Origin: Chiloscyllium plagiosum
Taxonomy: Eukaryota
DNA: 23,381 nt
NCBI RefSeq assembly: GCF_004010195.1
Contig: NC_057751.1
Coordinates: 11,803,901 to 11,827,281, forward strand
Reading direction: 5' to 3'
Under the pieces are notes generated by a model. The model was not told the origin of the DNA, searched no databases, and was given only the letters and a program-made list of their open reading frames with translations. Every line of letters begins with the position of its first letter. Position 1 is the stretch's first letter. The translations under genes and the position numbers were made by a program. Positions 21,995 through 23,381 of this stretch are shown piece by piece.

Positions 21995-22372
21995 TTTGTT
22001 TTGATGTATTATTGTCACATGTAACCAGATACAGTGAAAAGTAATATTTTGCATGCTAATCAGACAAATCATAGTTGAAGGCAAAAAAAATGCAGATGCT
22101 GGAATCCAATGTAGACAAGCAGGAGGCTGGCAGAGCACAGCAAAATCAGGCAACATCAGCAGTGGAGAATTGGAACATCAACTTTTTCACCTCCAGATGA
22201 TGACTGGCTTGATGTGTTCTTTCAGCCTCCTGCTTACCTCGCAGACAAGTCATACCTTAACAAACATCAGGGTCATAAAACAAAATGCAGCGCAGAGAAA
22301 GATTAATATCTGAAAAGTCTGTTATTAAGTCTGTTAACAGTGGGGAAGAAACTGTTCTTAAGTCTGTTGGTA
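21995..22372 (-). mobile_element. Decayed LINE 3'-end remnant (possibly Rex/L2-type), interrupted by the 22074-22241 insertion
   Basis: TATTGTCACATGTAACCAGATACAGTGAAAAG...TGCATGCTAATCAGACA and AGTCTGTTAACAGTGGGGAAGAAACTGTTCTT resemble common fish/shark LINE tails. Recognised from memory; clade uncertain. Confidence 0.45.
22074..22241. mobile_element. 168-bp fold-back element flanked by a 13-bp target-site duplication
   Basis: Flanks are CAGACAAATCATA (22061-22073) and CAGACAAGTCATA (22242-22254). Perfect inverted repeat AAGCAGGAGGCTG (22117-22129) / CAGCCTCCTGCTT (22223-22235), extending imperfectly to about 40 bp. Confidence 0.75.
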
Positions 22373-22403
22373 TTTATTTAAGATGGACCTTGTCCATTAG
22401 GAC

Positions 22404-23381
22404 ACAATAGACAATAGGTGCAGGAGTAGGCCATTCTGCCCTTCGAGCCTGCACCACCATTCAATATGATCATGGCTGATTACCCTTAATCAGTATCCTG
22501 TTCCTGCCTTATCTCCATAACCCTTGATTTCACTATCCTTGAGAGTTCTATCCAACTCTTTCTTAAATGAATCCAGAGTCTGGGCCTCCACTGCCCTCTG
22601 GGGCAGAGCATTCCACACAGCCACCACTCTCTGGGTGAAGAAGTTTCTCCTCATCTCTGTCCTAAATGGTCTACCCCGTATTTTTAAGCTGTGTCCTCTG
22701 GTTCGGCACTCACCCATCAGCGGAAACATGTTTCCTGCCTGCAGAGTGTCCAATCCTTTAATAATCTTATATGTCTCAATCAGATCCACTCTCAGTCTTC
22801 TAAACTCAAGGGTACACAAGCCCAGTCGCTCCAGTCTTTCAGTGTAAGATAATCCCGCCATTCCAGGAATTGACCTCGTGAACCTACGCTGCATTCCCTC
22901 AATAGCCAGAATGTCTCACCTCAAATTTGGAGACCAGAACTGCACACAGTACTCCAGGTGTGGTCTCACCAGGGCCCTGTACAGCTGCAGAAGGACCTCT
23001 TTGCTTCTATACTCAATCCCTCTTGTTATGAAGGCCAGCATGCTATTAGCCTTCTTCACTACCTGCTGTACCTGCATGCTTACCTTCATTGAGTGGTGTA
23101 CAAGAACCCCCAGATCTCTCTGTACTGCCCCTTTACCTAAATTGATTCCACTTAGGTGGTAATCTGCCTTCCTGTTCTTGCCACCAAAGTGGATAAGGAT
23201 CCATTTATCCACGTGAAAGTGCATCTGCCATGCATCTGAGCACTCACCTAACTTGTCCAGGTCACCCTGTAATCTCCTAACATCCTCATCACATTTCACC
23301 CTGCCACCCAGCTGATGAAATTTGCGAATGTTATTGCTAATACCATCTTCTATATCATTAACATATATTGTAAAAAGCTGC
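22404..23381 (-). mobile_element. Relatively young CR1 LINE, ORF2 C-terminus plus intact 3' end; continues beyond the right edge
   Basis: ORFs 22916-23299 and 22490-22894 are in the same frame, separated by one nonsense codon (LYRALVRPHLEYCVQFWSP...RRLRVDLIETYKII...RNFFTQRVV). The 3' UTR ends in a (CTATTGT)2 tail at 22404-22417. Confidence 0.96.

Overview
Vertebrate genomic DNA, most likely from a shark or ray: it carries HE1/V-SINE-type and DeuSINE-type SINEs and abundant CR1 LINEs. It is not prokaryotic. Two convergent spliced genes are present. On the + strand are the last four coding exons of an HtrA serine protease (3832-3946, 4662-4719, 5074-5169, 6765-6930; end of the protease domain plus the PDZ domain), called HTRA4 from its tail-to-tail position with TM2D2. 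On the - strand is a complete 4-exon TM2D2 gene (21570-21320, 20086-19999, 18572-18457, 16960-16747; 222 aa) with a CpG-rich promoter dense in CCAAT and ACGT motifs. The rest is mostly LINE and SINE remnants, and the window begins and ends inside homologous parts of two same-orientation copies of one CR1 family. The most intriguing unexplained signal is a chain of good minus-strand splice sites downstream of TM2D2 (donor at 15991; exons 14484-14396 and 10588-10247). These join in frame into a hypothetical 70-aa ORF, or alternatively form a spliced read-through/antisense transcript. This is a hand-built model with no expression evidence.
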